This document shows positions 1-16,669 of a stretch of DNA of 64,000 bases, in pieces. Position numbers and translations under genes: made by a program. How positions within the stretch are numbered: the stretch's first letter is position 1; each line of letters starts with the position of its first letter. The notes below the pieces were generated by a model. That model saw nothing but the letters and a program-made list of their open reading frames with translations. It ran no database searches and was not told the DNA's origin. This stretch comes from Eledone cirrhosa. Lineage: Eukaryota. Where the stretch lies: the NCBI GenBank assembly GCA_964016885.1, contig OZ024741.1:308388001-308452000 (forward strand). The letters run 5' to 3'.

Positions 1-802
1 CATACATATATACATACACATACATACATATATGCATACACATGCATACATATATACACATACATACATACACACATACATACATACATACATACATACA
101 TACATACATACATACATACATACATACATACATACATACATACATAGATCTATATACATATATACATATATACGCATACATACATATATGCACATACATA
201 CATATATACACATACATACATACACACATACATACATACATACATACATACATACACACATACACACATACACACATACACACATACATACACACATACA
301 TACATACACACATACATACATACATACATACATACATACATACATACATACATACATACATACATACATACATACATACACACATACATACATACATATA
401 TACAGCTTCTATATGCAACCACAATAGTCACACATGTACATAGAAAACAGAGAAACACAAACATACACACATACACATACACACGCATTCACACATGCAC
501 ACACATTCACACACATACGCACATAAGCCTAAACGCCAATGCACAGTCACAATAACAAACATACACAAACTAATACTACAACACTCTCCACTTCCCACAC
601 AAACAAACAACCTCAGGCCGCCATTTATATGTATACATTTGTGTATGTGTATATATATGTGTTTATATATTATATATATATATATATGTGTGTGTGTGTA
701 TGTGTGTAAATGTGTAAAGAAAGAGAGAGAGTTTTTAAATTAGAAAAGCCAACAATACTCAGTTTTTCGTGGAACCACCATATTCAATATATAGGTACAC
801 TA

Positions 803-856
<54 letters not shown>

Positions 857-1018
857 TGTGTGTGTGGTGTATGTATACATATATACACTGGTATACATAT
901 ATACACTGGTATATATATATACACACACAAACACACACACACACGACACACACACACACATACACAACACACACACACACACACACTCACACACATACAC
1001 ACACACACACACACACAT

Positions 1019-1066
<48 letters not shown>
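1..1066. repeat. Compound microsatellites (CATA)n, (CA)n, (TA)n, (TG)n
   Basis: Directly visible; the HTYI/VCMY ORFs are translations of the repeats. Confidence 0.97.
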
Positions 1067-1071
<5 letters not shown>

Positions 1072-1741
1072 ATACGCACATGTATATCAATATCACAACC
1101 ATTGCCAACATTAGTGATGCCTTAAGCACTGCACGCAAATTGTAATAATGACGTTCCCACGACCAAAATTACAAGCAAATATCTCAATGAAACGAGAATT
1201 AAATATTTAATGTCGGAAGATGTGACTTAGTCCATTCCAGAACAATACCCATTTGTCGATCAAAAGGAATCTTTTAAAAATAACATTATCATTACTTTAT
1301 TTCTTTATATGGTGAATGTGGATATAAAATGGCGGCTCGGTCTGCGTGTAATATCAGTGCGCGTGTGTGACTGTTTTGTGGTGGTGGTGGTGGTGGTGGT
1401 GTGTGTGTGTTTGTGTGTGTTTGGTGTCCGTGCTGTTGTTGTTATTGTTGTTGTTACGTTTGTTTATTTGATTTTAGTTTCCTTGTTAGTTTTTGAAAAC
1501 AAAAACAACTATTTTTTTTTAAAAAAACAGTGTAAAATAATAGGGTGACAAGCAATAGCAGACGATAGCAACCTGAACAGTAAAGTAAACTAGTTTGTAG
1601 TAGTAGAAGTTGTTGTAGTTGTTGTAGTAATAGTTGTACTTTGGTTTTAGATGTAATAAATTATTGTATTAGTTGTATTAAACAACACTTTAGCTATATC
1701 GATAGTAATGCTACCACTACTACTACTACCACCACCACCAT

Positions 1742-1781
<40 letters not shown>

Positions 1782-1782
<1 letters not shown>

Positions 1783-1970
1783 TAGGCACAAGGCCAGTAA
1801 TTTGGAGGAGGGGAAAATTGATTAAATCTACCACAGTACGTTACTAGTGCTTTATTTTATCGACCCCGTAAGGCAAAGTTAACATCGACGTGATTTTAAC
1901 TCAGAACGTAAAGGGCCATAACTCTATGCTGCAAAGCATGGTGTCCAACGACCTACCGATACTGCCGATC
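1782..1970 (-). mobile_element. tRNA-headed SINE (window family A), long form
   Basis: Reverse complement of the recurrent unit: A-box-like TGGCAGTATCGG, B-box-like GAGTTCAAATCC (degenerate here), core GCCTTTCATCC..GGGGTCGATAAAATAAAGTACCAG, end GCTGGCCTTGTGCC. Confidence 0.8.
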
Positions 1971-2352
1971 CGATGGTTTCATTTATTGGTCACAAGTGCC
2001 GACATATAGGGGACAATACAAACACACGGACAATGGAGGTTTACAATAAGCTCGAGTAAAAGAGCAAAACCGATTTGACAATGAAAATATAAAATATAAA
2101 TAATAATAACAATAATAACAACGACAACATTAACAATAACAACAACAATGATAATAAGAACAACAATAACAATGGTAATTATAATAACATTAATAACAAA
2201 AACAACAATAGTGAATAAAGTAAGCCGGAAAAATTATAAATTAATTTAAAGGCTAAAGAATGAATTTACAAAAATATAATGTAAAATCAAAATACAAATT
2301 GTGAAATATTTGACGCCTAAAAAGCTATAGGAGCACAAAATAGGAACCACAT

Positions 2353-2439
<87 letters not shown>

Positions 2440-2465
2440 TAATGATGGTGTTGGTGACGAAGAGG

Positions 2466-2665
2466 NNNNNNNNNNNNNNNNNNNNNNNNNNNNNNNNNNN
2501 NNNNNNNNNNNNNNNNNNNNNNNNNNNNNNNNNNNNNNNNNNNNNNNNNNNNNNNNNNNNNNNNNNNNNNNNNNNNNNNNNNNNNNNNNNNNNNNNNNNN
2601 NNNNNNNNNNNNNNNNNNNNNNNNNNNNNNNNNNNNNNNNNNNNNNNNNNNNNNNNNNNNNNNNN
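2466..2665. other. Assembly gap (200 N)
   Basis: Run of N. Confidence 1.
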
Positions 2666-2733
2666 TTGCCTTACAAAGATGTGAAGATTCATACTAAAGT
2701 GAAAGTCTTATCTCTGTGGAGAGAATTCGCTGG

Positions 2734-5110
<2,377 letters not shown>

Positions 5111-5544
5111 GCATATGTACCCTCGACGATGACGCGTGCGATGTCTCACAAAGCTCTTAGCGGTTGCTGGCTTTTCAAAGCTTTCTCTTGGCCTACGTTG
5201 TCTTCTATCATTGTTCTGCATGTGTGTAGGCGACGAGTGATAGGCGGATTCAGAGGTTTAGATGGATGGCCGTTGAATGATGACGTAGATGAGATAGAGA
5301 TGAGAGCCAGAGAGTGGATGGTAGAAATAGGAGAAAATAAAGTGTGTGGTGGTAGAGGTGGAGTGGTCGGAGGTATTGAGACTGTTACGTGTGTTACCAA
5401 TTTCCTACCTGTGTTTAGGGTGAAGTTGTGTAAGGTAAGAAGCTTCAAAATGAAAGGTACAGTGGCAGAATGTGAGCAAGAGAAATTAGCCTTTGGGGGT
5501 GGGTGCAGTTCTCATCACTCTCTGCAAGGATCTCTGACAATAAT

Positions 5545-5772
5545 GGTTTCTGATTTAGGCACAAGGCTAGCAATTTTTTTTTTTTTGGGGGGGGGGGGGA
5601 AGTTGATTAAATCGAATCCAGTTAGTAACTGGTACTTTGTTTTATCGACTCTGTAAGGATGAAAGGCAAAGCTAACCCCGGCGGTATTTGAACTCAGAAC
5701 ATAAAGGGTCGTAACTCTATGCCGCAAAGCATATTGTCCGACGTTTTAAAGATACTGCCAATCCACCACCCT
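5545..5772 (-). mobile_element. SINE family A, long form
   Basis: Matches the recurrent SINE unit (aggatgaaaggcaaag..atttgaactcagaac..gatactgccaatccacc). Confidence 0.85.
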
Positions 5773-5994
5773 TCTCTGACAATAATAAAAGAAGTTAACC
5801 TTAAATCGGAAACATAGCTCAAATGCTTGCAATAGAGCAGACACCGCTGACTCAAGCTAGATACGAGTCAGAATGATAACCGCTTGCTTGATTCCTCGGT
5901 TTGCTAGAAATAATTGTTAACTGTTTCTCAAATCTTGCCATATCCTCTTAAATTTAAATGGATTCACATGTTAGTGAGAAAAGTTGCGAAGCGT

Positions 5995-6275
5995 CAGTGT
6001 GTAAAAGATGTGAAGTGTTAGTGTGTAAAAGATGGGAAGTATTAATGAGTAAAAGATGTGAAGTGTGTAAAGGATGAGAGGTGTTAGTGTGTAAACGATA
6101 GAAAGAGTTTGTGTGTAGAGATGGGAAGTGTGTAAAATATGGGAAGTATGTATAAGATGAGAAGTGTGTAAAAGATGCGAAGCTTTAGGTGTAAAGTATG
6201 TGAAGTGTTAGTATGTAAAATATGTGAAGTGTGTAAAAAATGTGAAGCGTTAGTGTGTAAAAGATGTGAAGTGTT
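5995..6275. repeat. ~24-bp minisatellite (AGTGTGTAAAAGATGTGAAGTGTT-like)
   Basis: About a dozen imperfect tandem copies. Confidence 0.8.
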
Positions 6276-6956
6276 TGTATTAACTGAATTTGTTGTTATT
6301 GCTGCAATAGTTGTTGGCAATGCTGTTATTGTTGGTGGTGCTGTTATTGCTGCTGTTCCTGTAGATGTTGTTGTTGCTGGTGATATGGTTGCTACTCCTG
6401 TTGTTGATGTTGATGTTGTAAACATTGCTTTTCTTGCTCTCTGTGTTGTTGTTGTTGTTGTTGTTGTGGGTGGTGGTGGTGGTGGTGGTGATGGTGGTGA
6501 TGGTGGTGGTGGTGATGGTGGTGGTGCTGGTCGTCGCCGTCGTCGTCGTGATGGTGGTGTTGCCGGTGCTGCTGTTGTTGATTTTGTTGTTGATGTTACT
6601 TTGTGAATACTGTTTATGTTGCTGCTGCTGCTGCTATGTTGATGTTGTTGTTGTTTTCTTGCTATTGATGTTGTTGATGTTGTTTAGCCACAGGTCAGCT
6701 TTAATCAAGTAAATATATGTTCAAACACAGGCCAATTTTGGTCATTTCAGTTTGTTTGTTTTTTGTTGTATATCTTGGACTACACTGATCAAAGTGACTT
6801 TCTTACTTAAGATGTTAAGGTGTGGTTTGTGGGAGATTTAGCTACTATTTATGCATGTAGATCAAGTGATCCCCTAGAGGGATCTTTCGCACAGAGCACT
6901 GAAATCCTCCCTGTTGTTCATTTTCTATCTTGTTTGCCATCAATGATTCTTGAGAG

Positions 6957-7128
6957 ACCGGTAGAGGGTCGGACACTATGCTTTCCAGCATAGTTACGTC
7001 CCTTTACGATTTGAGTTCAAATCCCGCCGAGGTTGACTTTACCTTTCATCCTTACGGGGTCGATAAAATAAAGTACCAGTAATGCACTGGGCAATTGCTG
7101 GCCTTGTGCCTAAAGTAGAAACAATTAT
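6957..7128 (+). mobile_element. SINE family A, short form
   Basis: B box gagttcaaatcc at ~7013, conserved core, tail aaagtagaaacaattat. Confidence 0.88.
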
Positions 7129-7194
7129 CTAATTTGTTTTTCGTTGTAGGTGTTTATTTAAACTGCAACTAAGGAAAAAAAATCACTGGTTAAA

Positions 7195-7403
7195 TTTTAG
7201 TGACAAAGCCAGTCAAGAGGAGACTGAGAGGTAGACTACGAATAGGATGGTTGGACAACATCCATCTATAAACTCGTTTGGAGGTATGCAGCCAGATCGT
7301 TTAGAGAAGTTAGCTTTTGATAAGGCTCTCTGGAAGACATGGCTCTGTCCCCACTATGCTTCTAGGATTAAATGGACGCTAAAGAAGGAGAAGAAGAAGA
7401 AGA
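7195..7403 (+). mobile_element. 3' end of an RTE-type LINE with (GAA)n tail
   Basis: Translates RRLRGRLRIGWLDNIH...AFDKALWKTW, resembling the RTE C-terminal RxRGRPxxRWxD..AxDRxxW motif, followed by aagaaggagaagaagaagaag. Confidence 0.6.
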
Positions 7404-7463
7404 GAATCGGCACCTGTACTGGACCGTTTCTTCATCGAACTAGAAAGGATGAAAGGCAAATTA

Positions 7464-7536
<73 letters not shown>

Positions 7537-7545
7537 CCCCCCTCA

Positions 7546-7584
<39 letters not shown>

Positions 7585-7789
7585 CCCTATCTATCTATCT
7601 CTCCCCCTCTCTCTATCTATCTATCTATATCTCCCTCCCCCTCTCTCTCTCTCTTATTTTGTATAAATATATATTTATACGTTATATATATATTTGTGTG
7701 TTTATGTGTGTATGAGCATATATACATGCATACACAAACATATTCTCTCTCTCACCCCTCCTCCCCTATCTATATATATATATGTATGT

Positions 7790-7885
<96 letters not shown>

Positions 7886-7909
7886 ATACATATACATATA
7901 TATATATAC

Positions 7910-7990
<81 letters not shown>

Positions 7991-7991
<1 letters not shown>

Positions 7992-10900
7992 TAGCAGAAG
8001 TGCCCGGCGTTGGTCGGGGCTGAATTGCTTGAAAGTACTGTTAATGGTTGCACTGAATTATGATTATTCAGGCAAAGATTGATATAAGTTTACGCCGAAT
8101 GAATCTATTGAAAGGCCTGTAAAGGGGTTCCTACCCCCTCGTAGAATGGTGTAAGAATTGAATGTGAGGTTGCCTTGAAAAAGGCCATGTTATTGTTCTC
8201 ATAATTGTAAGAATTTGATAGTCGTGGAAGAGGGTGTAAAACGTTCGCAGGTGAATAGGGCCTCTTCGTTTTCCACGAACGGCAGCGGATGTGCTGTTAC
8301 AAAACTTCATGGTGTGTTAAAAGAGAATCGATGCCCTATGTAGGCAAGAGGGGAATTAAGTATGGGTAAGCAAATACGGGTAATTTATAAAATCTAGAAC
8401 AATAGCATCTACTCACCATATGTCAGACCGGCAAGACTGTAGTGGTGCTGAATAGATGAATCACAACACGTCTGTGGTGGAGATGTTTTCATTGATCGGC
8501 GTTATGAGTAAATTTGTTGTTGTATAAAATGATCTGTTGCTTAGTTTTGAAAGTGTATGTTGCGATCGTGTTGTCACTGATGTAAACTTTAATAGTGAGA
8601 GTGTAGATGTAGGGGTAGATGTCTCATGTACGTTGGATATAGAAGATGAGGCTGCTGGTTTGATGACGAATGGATGGAAATAGAGGTGAGCGGAGGACAG
8701 GTGTTGGTTAAGTGTGAAGTAATTTCAGGAAACGCCTAAAAATGTAAATGCCATCATAAAAGAGAGTCGTATGTAAGTGAAATACTAACGTGTTGTTCCA
8801 AAATGATGAAGCGTAGTAATCCTATAAAACCTCCTTGTACACAATGTTTTTCGTTTTTCGTTGTGGAACGAACGCGAAAGCATCACTGTTGCTGCCGACA
8901 CGCGAGCAGCCAACGTAAAGCTGACCATGAGAGAAACATGGCTCCCCCAAATGTATTCCCGCCACAGACAGTGTTTGACCCTGCGCTTTGTTAATTGACA
9001 TAGCGAAACATGGCCTTACTGGGAACTGGGACCTCCGAAATGTGAAAGGTAGGTCTGCTCCTGATGGGAAAAGATGCATCCTAGGTATGAGCACAACGTT
9101 GCCTCGACCGCACCCTGTGATAATCGTGGCCTCAATCAGATTGGGAGATAAGGACTTAACGATCAAACGTGTGCCATTGCATTGTTTCGGAGGAACCAAA
9201 TTTCTAATGAGCATTATAGGGGCACCAACTTTAAGTTTGAGAATGTGTGGTGGTAGTCCGGGGGGCTCAAAGGATTTGAGTACCTCTATTGGATAGTTGA
9301 TGACGTCCTCTGGGTCAGGAGTTGTATCGATAGACTTATATACATAGCCATCCCCAGGAATGAGTTTTAGCATTTGATCATTAATATGGTGAACAGTTTT
9401 ATTCCTCGGGGCCAGAATAGCCCTTTGGCCAATCCAATCCATATTCTGATAATTAGCTTGTAGATCTGGGAACACTGCATCCCTGAGATCAGAAGGCGTA
9501 TTAACAATGGTACAAATGGAATCGATGGCAATATTACCATTTTCATCCCTGGTTATTTTGCCTTCGCCAAGTGCAAGGAGGGTGTGAGAAAATGCTGCTG
9601 ATGTGATATCACGTCCCATATGAGCACGCATGTTAGTGTTAAGTTTGAGAGTATTCACCAGTGGCCACAATGTGGATGACTTAAGACACGCACTTACTGC
9701 ATCAGCTCTAGTCCCCTTGGGAATAACGGGAAGTGTTTGCCGGAAGTCCCCTGAAAGAAGAAGTGTTATGCCTCCCATGGGAGCTGTAGAGTGTTTGATG
9801 TCTCTGAGAGATCTATCTAGTGCCTCAAGAGCACCTCTGTGGGCCATCGTGCATTCATCCCAAACGATAAGCTTGCATCGTCTGAAGACTTCTGCCTGAT
9901 CGGAGCTGTTACTGATGTTGCAAGTTGGTGTCTCAGTCTTCGCTAAGTCAAGCGGGAGCTTGAAAGTGGAGTGAGCTGTCCTGTCGCCTGGCAACAAAGT
10001 AGCCGCAATTCCAGATGATGCCACAGCTAGGGCAATGCCTTGTGTTCGCCTAATCTCAGTCAATATTAATTTGTTGACAAAAGTTTTCCCAGTGCCCCCA
10101 GGAGCGTCCAGGAAAAAAATTCCCCCAGCTTTGGCCCGGACTGAATTAACAACGGTGAAAAATGTTGACCGTGGAAGGAAAAGAAACAAATATTTGGAGC
10201 TGAAAGAAATTGTTTAGGTAAGTATAGCGACAGAGTGTGTAAAGTGTATTGAAACGTGAGTTAAAAGAAAGAAAATGAAGTGAGATTTGTAAGAAAGGAA
10301 GTTGTTTACGTACATGTGGCAAATGGCAAATGTTTTAGTTGTTTAATAAAATATTTGTGTAAAGTGTATAGAAACGTAAATTGAAACAAAGAAAAGGAAC
10401 TGACATTTTTAAGAAAGGAATTTGTTTACGTACATGTTGCAAATGGAAAATGTTTGTGCAGTTGTCAGAAATGTAACCAGGGTACATTTGTGGAACTGAT
10501 GTATTATAATGAATAGTCCATCTCATTCAGGGTACATGAAGATTAACAACCGAAAATGAAAATAATTATGTCGTTTGATTTTACGATTGAAAGAAAATAA
10601 TTGTCGCAAATTAGAATTTTTATTTGTTAATGAAGTGTGGATGTGTGGTTAGAAATCCGGCACGTGGTTAAATTGATTTAAAGTTTAATTATTCATTTGA
10701 TGTGAGTGTGTGTTTGTATGTGTTTGCAAATAAATAAATCATTTTGAAGACTCACATTTAGAATAAACGCAATTGTACTTTAATGTGGCTAATGTTTTTG
10801 TTGTTTAGTCTGTAAATTGTATGAATGAGAGAGTAAAACGGACAGTATCACCATCAACATGAACAATGTAAAATGAAAAGAATAGTTGTTTCAGCTTGGA

Positions 10901-11167
10901 AAGAGAAAGTAGCAGAAGGTATGAAGTTGTGTAGATTTTGAAGGATAATGGAAAGAGTTTAGCAGTTTAAATGAGAGAGGTATCGTAAAATATTGAGTTT
11001 TATCGATTTTTTGCGTAATTGTGGGTGAAATTGAAAAAAGTATATGTGCCATGACCCAATCGAAGCTATTTCGAAAACTGAATTGTAAATTTCAATTGAA
11101 GAAATTCTATATCGTAGATTTCTATAACAAAGAAATGTGACCATACACTGAGCTTTATAGATTATGA
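7991..11167 (-). mobile_element. Helitron, internally deleted (helicase only, Rep/HUH domain missing)
   Basis: Minus-strand 3' end: GC-rich hairpin gccccgaccaacgccgggc (8002-8020), then CTAG (7991-7994) followed by T. 5' A|TC start at 11167 (alternative 11161). Inserted in (TA)n. Internal ~100-bp direct repeat at 10236-10455. Confidence 0.88.
8822..10160 (-). CDS. Helitron PIF1-family (SF1B) helicase domain, N-terminally truncated
   Basis: DAPGGTGKT (Walker A), ASSGIAA, TAHSTF, IVWDE (Walker B), GDFRQTLPV, CNGTRL, SINKAQGQT, HGQLYVGCSRV; no internal stops. Confidence 0.93.
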
Positions 11168-11169
11168 TA

Positions 11170-11553
<384 letters not shown>

Positions 11554-11564
11554 ATATGTATATA

Positions 11565-11633
<69 letters not shown>

Positions 11634-11634
11634 A

Positions 11635-11723
<89 letters not shown>

Positions 11724-11743
11724 GTATGTATGTATATATATAC

Positions 11744-12207
<464 letters not shown>

Positions 12208-12230
12208 ATATATATATGTATCCAGCTCTC

Positions 12231-12279
<49 letters not shown>

Positions 12280-12900
12280 AAGAAGAAATGCTTTGGTTTA
12301 AATGGAATTCGGCTGTTATTTCAAGCACATCTAACGACTAGGTAGATATGAAAGCCACGTGACAGAGTTTGCAGTGAAGTGGCGATGCCATGATGGATGA
12401 CGATCGGAAAGTTTTTAGCTAAGATGGCGTTCGCTGAGTTATCTGTCAATATTTACAATATCTTTGAAGCATTTGTTTCAAGTGTGATGAGACATTTTCT
12501 GAGTGTTGTGTGCGTATATTAAGTAGACTTTAGTGTGTTTGTGTATGTATGTATATATGTATGTATGTGTGTGTGTGTTTAAGTATGTATGTATTTATGT
12601 ATGTGTGTGTGTGTTTATATATGTATGATTATATGTATGCATGCATGTATTTATGTACGTATGTATATATGTATGTGGGTAAATATGTATGTACGTATGT
12701 ATGTATGTATGTATGTATGTATGTATGTATGTATGTATGTATGTATGTATGTATTATGTATATATGTATAAGTGCATGTGTATATATGAATGCAAGCATA
12801 TATTCATAGTGAGATGTATTAATGAATGAACGGTCATATATGTATACGCACACACACACATACATATATAACGTATACACATGAAGATACACAGACTGTC

Positions 12901-12923
12901 AGATAGATAGACAGGTAGATAGG

Positions 12924-12981
<58 letters not shown>

Positions 12982-15900
12982 TGTTTCTTTTATTTGCCAC
13001 CAGGGCATCAAAAGTGGGACAAGTACAAGGGGGAGTTTACAAAACAAGGCGTCCTCAATAAGGAGGAGGCAATAACAAAATATAAAAATAAAATAAAATA
13101 TAACAGCATAAAATTTATAACAAAATCCTCAATAGAGAGGAGGCGCCTTAGAGGGTCGCACACACCCCCGAAAAAAGTGTGCAACCCTTTTCCTCAGGAG
13201 CACAGAGAAGGGGTGCTCCCTTGGTCTTTCATCTTCCTCACCTATAGTCTGATGTAGAGTGAAGGCCCATTCACACGGGCCATTCTCGCCACTTTCACCC
13301 ATCTTTCATAAAACCGGCTGGGGTGCAGCACCTCTCTCTCCATCCTGATCCTTCTTCCGAAATGATACCGGAAGAAACGGACCAGTTGTTGGCCAGAGAG
13401 AAAGGTGTCTGACGTCAGTCCTTTCAGACGCGTCCACCATACAACCTCTTTCGCCATGGCTATTACGCACAGAAACACCGCCTCTCCTTCGTCTTTGAAG
13501 AGGGGAGGCGGCTTGATCGTTACAATAGACTCGGTGGTCAACCGGATCGGTCCCACCCTTGACAGCAGTTGTTCGACATAGCTGTCGCCCGTGTCTGTAG
13601 AGCCTTTCTCGAACGGGCAGAGCCCTTCTGTAGCATTGCCAGGCCAGGGACCTCTGGAAGTTGTCCATGGGTCCCGGGCTGAATGTCCTACCGAACAGGT
13701 TTGCCAGTTCGTCTTCCTTCATGCCTAGGGCTTCTCTGAGGGCGCCGTCGCACCTGCTAACCACCAGCCCTCTATAGAATGACGAGGTGGATTCTGCACT
13801 GACAGCCGGGTCCGCCTGCCAGAGAGCCGTGAGCGCCTGGGCACACTCGGTGTGGCAGGCGCCCAGTTTTCTCGGTCTTTGCTTGACCCAGGATTGCAGC
13901 TCGGTGAGTGAGACGAGTCTGGGAAAGGCTCGCCTCACAAACGGAGCCCACACCGGTTGACCGGAGAGGAATACTTGAAGGTGCCGTAGCCTTAATGCGT
14001 GTTTAAGTATCATTATCCACGGCATCCCCAGCCCTCCTTTCGAAGGGTGTTGACAGCAGATGGATCTCCTCACCATAGGAGCCCGCTTCTTCCAAAGGAA
14101 TTGGAAGAGTGCGCGCTCCATTTTGGCGAGCGTTTCCCTTGGGCAAGGCACAACGGTCAGGCGGTAGTAGATGACGGACGCTATATAAGTGTTCGCCACC
14201 TCCGCCCGACCTTTCAGGGACAGTTTGCACTCGGCCCACTTCTGGGTCAGTGCAAACACCCTGTTCGTTACCTCACCCCAGTTCTTCTCCACCTGGAGGT
14301 CTGGTCCGAACCAGACCCCGAGCAACTTCACCTGGCCCTCCGTCCAGCGCCCGACGACGCCATCGGAGGGCATCGATCTTCCCCTCCACGTGCCGAGTTG
14401 CAGACCGATCGACTTGTCCCGATTCAGCTTAGCCCCTGTAAACCTTTCGTACTCCTCCAGTAAGGTGCCGATCGCCCCGATTTCCGAGGCCGTCGACACC
14501 ATTACTGTTACGTCATCGGCGTAGGTTGACACCGCTTTCCGCAATCCCGGTTCCAACGGGATGCCCTGCAACAACTCCAACTTCCGCAGCAGTGGCTCTA
14601 GAGTCATTACATACAGAAGGGAGGAGAGAGGGCACTCCTGTCGGATGGACCGCGCGATTTCGAACGGCTCCGAGAGGTAGCCGTTCACCTTGACCCTAGA
14701 GCAGATGCGGCTGCTGTGCATGGCATTGATACAGCCCCTGAAAACGGGTCCGAAGCCTGCCGCCGCTAGCACCGCATCCAGGTAACCATGGTCGACCCTA
14801 TCGAATGCCTTAGATGGATCCAAGTTGATCAAGGCCCCACCAAAGCCGGGTTCGTTCCCAATCCTCTCTATGATGTATCGCATGAGGTGGAGGTTGTCGT
14901 GGATGGACCTGGACGGGATAGCACATGTCTGCGCATCTCCCACCAGGTTGCCCACGACAAGCGCCAACCTCTTTGCTAGCACCATGGCCAAAATCTGTAA
15001 CTCTGTATTTAGCAGAGTTATGGGCCTGAAATTATTTATATCATCCCCCTTGTTCTCGTCCTTCCTCACTAGCGTGACTACGCCCGTGGTCACAGCACAG
15101 GGAATTCTCCCGTTCTGTTGCCAGTTGCAGTAGACAGCCTCGAGGAGATCGGGGAACAAGTCCGGCATAGCTAGATATAGTTCGTATGGAAGACCATCGA
15201 GACCCGGGGATTTGCGTTTGCCGCATTGGCTCAGCACGTCCTCTATCTCAGCGGCTGAAATCGGCTCCTCGCAGGACTTCGCCTCCCTGTCCGAGAGACG
15301 CGGCAGGCCGTCGAGGTATGGACCGAAGTCCACATCCCCAACCGGCCCCCCGCCCCTTCCGAACAATCCGGCAAAGTGCTTTTGAAAAGCCTCGCACATC
15401 TGCTTAGGTTCAAGGATCACCCGTCCATCCTGGTCTCGCAAAGACCGGATAGTGTATCTGCTCCCTCTTTTGGCTTCTGTCACGCGGGCCCAGCTAACAG
15501 CTTTGGTCCCCTCGTTTCCCAGAGCACGTATTTTGCTTCGGACGATGCAGCCTTCGTGTTTCGCGTCGAAGAACTGGCCCAGGGCCGTTCTCGACGCTAG
15601 CACTCTGGCCACGTCGCAGCTTCTAATTGCCTCTTCTACACTATCTACCAACTCCCTTTCCTTCCTGTTTCTATTAGAGGCTAACTCCTTACTAAATTCT
15701 ATAGAGACTACTCTAATCTCTCTTTTGAGAGATCCCCACCACCTGCTGTTGACGATGGCGCCCGTCAACCGCTCCTTAACTAAAGTGCTAATCCGGTCCC
15801 TGTAAGCCTTACTTGCCGGTAAGGACAAGTTGAGCTTCCAGTAACCGGGTCCCTGTCTATGAGTTCTGTCAAGGTTGACCATGCAGGTCACTAACTTGTG

Positions 15901-16593
15901 GTCTGAATAGCCAACCATGCGCATTTTTGGATAACTTAAAAAGTCCTTATCCTTAATTCTAACTAAGAACCTATCTAGGTACGACCTAGATGATCCGCTA
16001 CGATTTTCCCAAGTCCAGGTTGGCGCAATCGGAAAATCTAGTCGATATCTATCGGCCAGGTCAAATCGACCGATTAACCCTTTGAGGCTATTGCACCCCT
16101 CTCTATCGGGACAGGCCCCTACGTAGTCCCAGCGTGCATCTAGGATACCATTCCAGTCCCCCACTAATAGCAAGGAGCGGGACGTCCCTAGAAAAGTCTC
16201 CAGACGATGGAAGAAGTCCGGCCGCATTGACCCGAAAGGGCCGTAGGCGGCTACCAACCTAAACGCTCCGCCTTCACCACTGCCAAGGTCCAGAACCACT
16301 AGTCGACCCTCCGGGTCCAAATGTACCATCTGTGTTGCGAGACCCAGATGTTTTTGCAGCAGAACGACAACCCCACCCCCACCTCCGGGCTGACAGAGAG
16401 ATGCGTGTATCTCAAAGTCATCAAAGGTGGGGGCCAGCTGTCGCACGTTGCTGATCCGGGCCTCGCAAATAACCATCACATCTATATGTTGTGACCTGAG
16501 GTCATTTAGAAGCATTGCTTGCTTCCAAGTTGAGCCCAGGCCACGCGCATTTAAACGGCCTACTCTTAGCATAGCCATGTCTTCCCTCTGTTT
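12901..16593 (-). mobile_element. Tx1/L1-clade LINE copy A (ORF2 and 3' UTR, no ORF1), (ATCT)n tail
   Basis: EN-RT ORF; 3' end ccctggtggcaaataaaagaaacat followed by (atct)n at 12901-12980; 5' end lies ~15 nt upstream of the ORF2 ATG. Confidence 0.92.
13242..16578 (-). pseudogene. APE endonuclease-reverse transcriptase ORF2 (Tx1-like), frameshifted/deleted near the C-terminus
   Basis: LNARGL, VGDWN, SYLDRF, SDHK (APE); YWKLN; KSPGLDG, FRPITLLN, KAFDRV, TYADD (RT). Open to ~13560, then continues in another frame (KEVVWWTR...FYERW). Confidence 0.92.

Positions 16594-16669
<76 letters not shown>

Noticed and set aside
8822-10189. Host PIF1 gene
   Set aside because: Intronless, truncated, Helitron-type motifs and enclosed by Helitron termini
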